Shown in pieces: positions 63,197 to 64,000 of a stretch of DNA of 64,000 bases. The notes below the pieces were generated by a model. That model was given only the letters and a program-made list of their open reading frames with translations. It was not told the origin of the DNA and did not search any database. How positions within the stretch are numbered: the first letter of the stretch is position 1; every line of letters starts with the position of its first letter. Made by a program: the position numbers and the translations under genes. The stretch is from assembly GCF_963921235.1 (NCBI RefSeq), contig NC_086097.1, positions 126,668,001 to 126,732,000 of the forward strand, read 5' to 3'. This DNA is from Mobula hypostoma. Its lineage: Eukaryota.

Positions 63197-63399
63197 TATA
63201 TGTAAACATTGGAAATATTTTAGAAACCAACAAAGAATGACTTAAAATATGAAGATCGAAAATGGAACATAAATATAATGAGGAATGTAAAACATTGTGA
63301 TAGGTTTTACAGGCATGTGAAAAAGAAGAGTCCTTCAGAAGCTGAAATGAACAATAAGGTGGAAAATGAAATGCAGAAACATTTAACATGCTTGGTGGA

Positions 63400-63920
63400 C
63401 TTCTAGCCTTCTGTTTCTATTCTGTTCCAGGTAGAGTATTGTGTGCAATGCCAGCTGCCACAGAATATGAAGACAGGAGATATTTTATTTGCCTGAGTTC
63501 CAATTATGAGGAGATAGTGGACAGGTTGGGTTTGGTTTCTTTGGAGTGGAGGAGGTTGTGAGAAGAGTGCTTGATAGAAGTAGCTTAGATAGAAAGTTGT
63601 CTTCCCTGCTCTCACCATAATAGAGTAATCTAAAAACAGAGGGCATGGATTTAAGGTGAACACTTTCATAGAATCTATCGAAATTTCTTTTTCACCCAGA
63701 GATTGGTTCAAATCTGGAACTCAACTTGGAGCCAAGTTGTCTCCCAGCATTTAAGAAGTATCTGGATTAAACTCTGAATTATCAATACATTGAAGGCTAT
63801 GGATCAAATGTCATAGAGTGATAGGACGTGAAACCATGCTGACGAAGGTACCTTCCTGAGCTAGTTGGCATTTGCCTGCATTTGGTCCATATCCCTCCAT
63901 CTTTCCCAACCATGTGCCCA
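63400..63920. mobile_element. Degenerate CR1 3' fragments (+ strand, then - strand)
   Basis: gagtattgtgtgcaat, agagggcatggatttaagg, and tttgcctgcatttggtccatatccctc. Confidence 0.6.
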
Positions 63921-64000
63921 AGTGTGGGTAAAATTTTTTAGTAGAGATTGGTCTAGAGTCCTGTTTCTGTTTAGTGTGATTCTAGAATAGACAGATTTTC

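Noticed and set aside
1..64000. CRISPR array, operon or prokaryotic defence system
   Set aside because: There is no repeat-spacer array or dense ORF packing. The window is an intron-rich vertebrate locus, and all RT and nuclease remnants belong to retrotransposons.

Overview
Vertebrate genomic DNA, AT-rich and repeat-rich. The repeat content (CR1, Rex1/Babar-type and L1/Tx1 LINEs, Penelope-like elements, V-SINE/HE1-like SINEs) suggests a cartilaginous fish, probably a ray; this is inference. The window holds one protein-coding gene on the + strand: a desmoplakin (DSP/DSP-like). I could place 23 coding exons, equivalent to human exons 2-24, from 1109 to the stop at 58279. All introns are GT-AG and the phases are consistent, giving 7861 nt or about 2619 codons in the window. 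Exon 1 and the promoter lie upstream of the window. The domain order is plakin domain (spectrin repeats plus SH3), coiled-coil rod, plakin repeat domains A/B/C and a GSR tail. The rod exon has only one copy of the 156-aa unit that is tandemly duplicated in human DSP, and the position homologous to the DSPII internal splice donor has no GT. The introns contain Penelope-like relics with decayed minimal hammerhead ribozyme motifs, a palindromic mariner MITE built from two transposase 3' ends, two solo LTRs with target-site duplications, and nested retroelements. I found no prokaryotic-type system, RNA gene or second gene. Comparisons with human DSP use recalled sequence and need confirming by alignment. 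Repeat boundaries are approximate unless a target-site duplication (TSD) is given.
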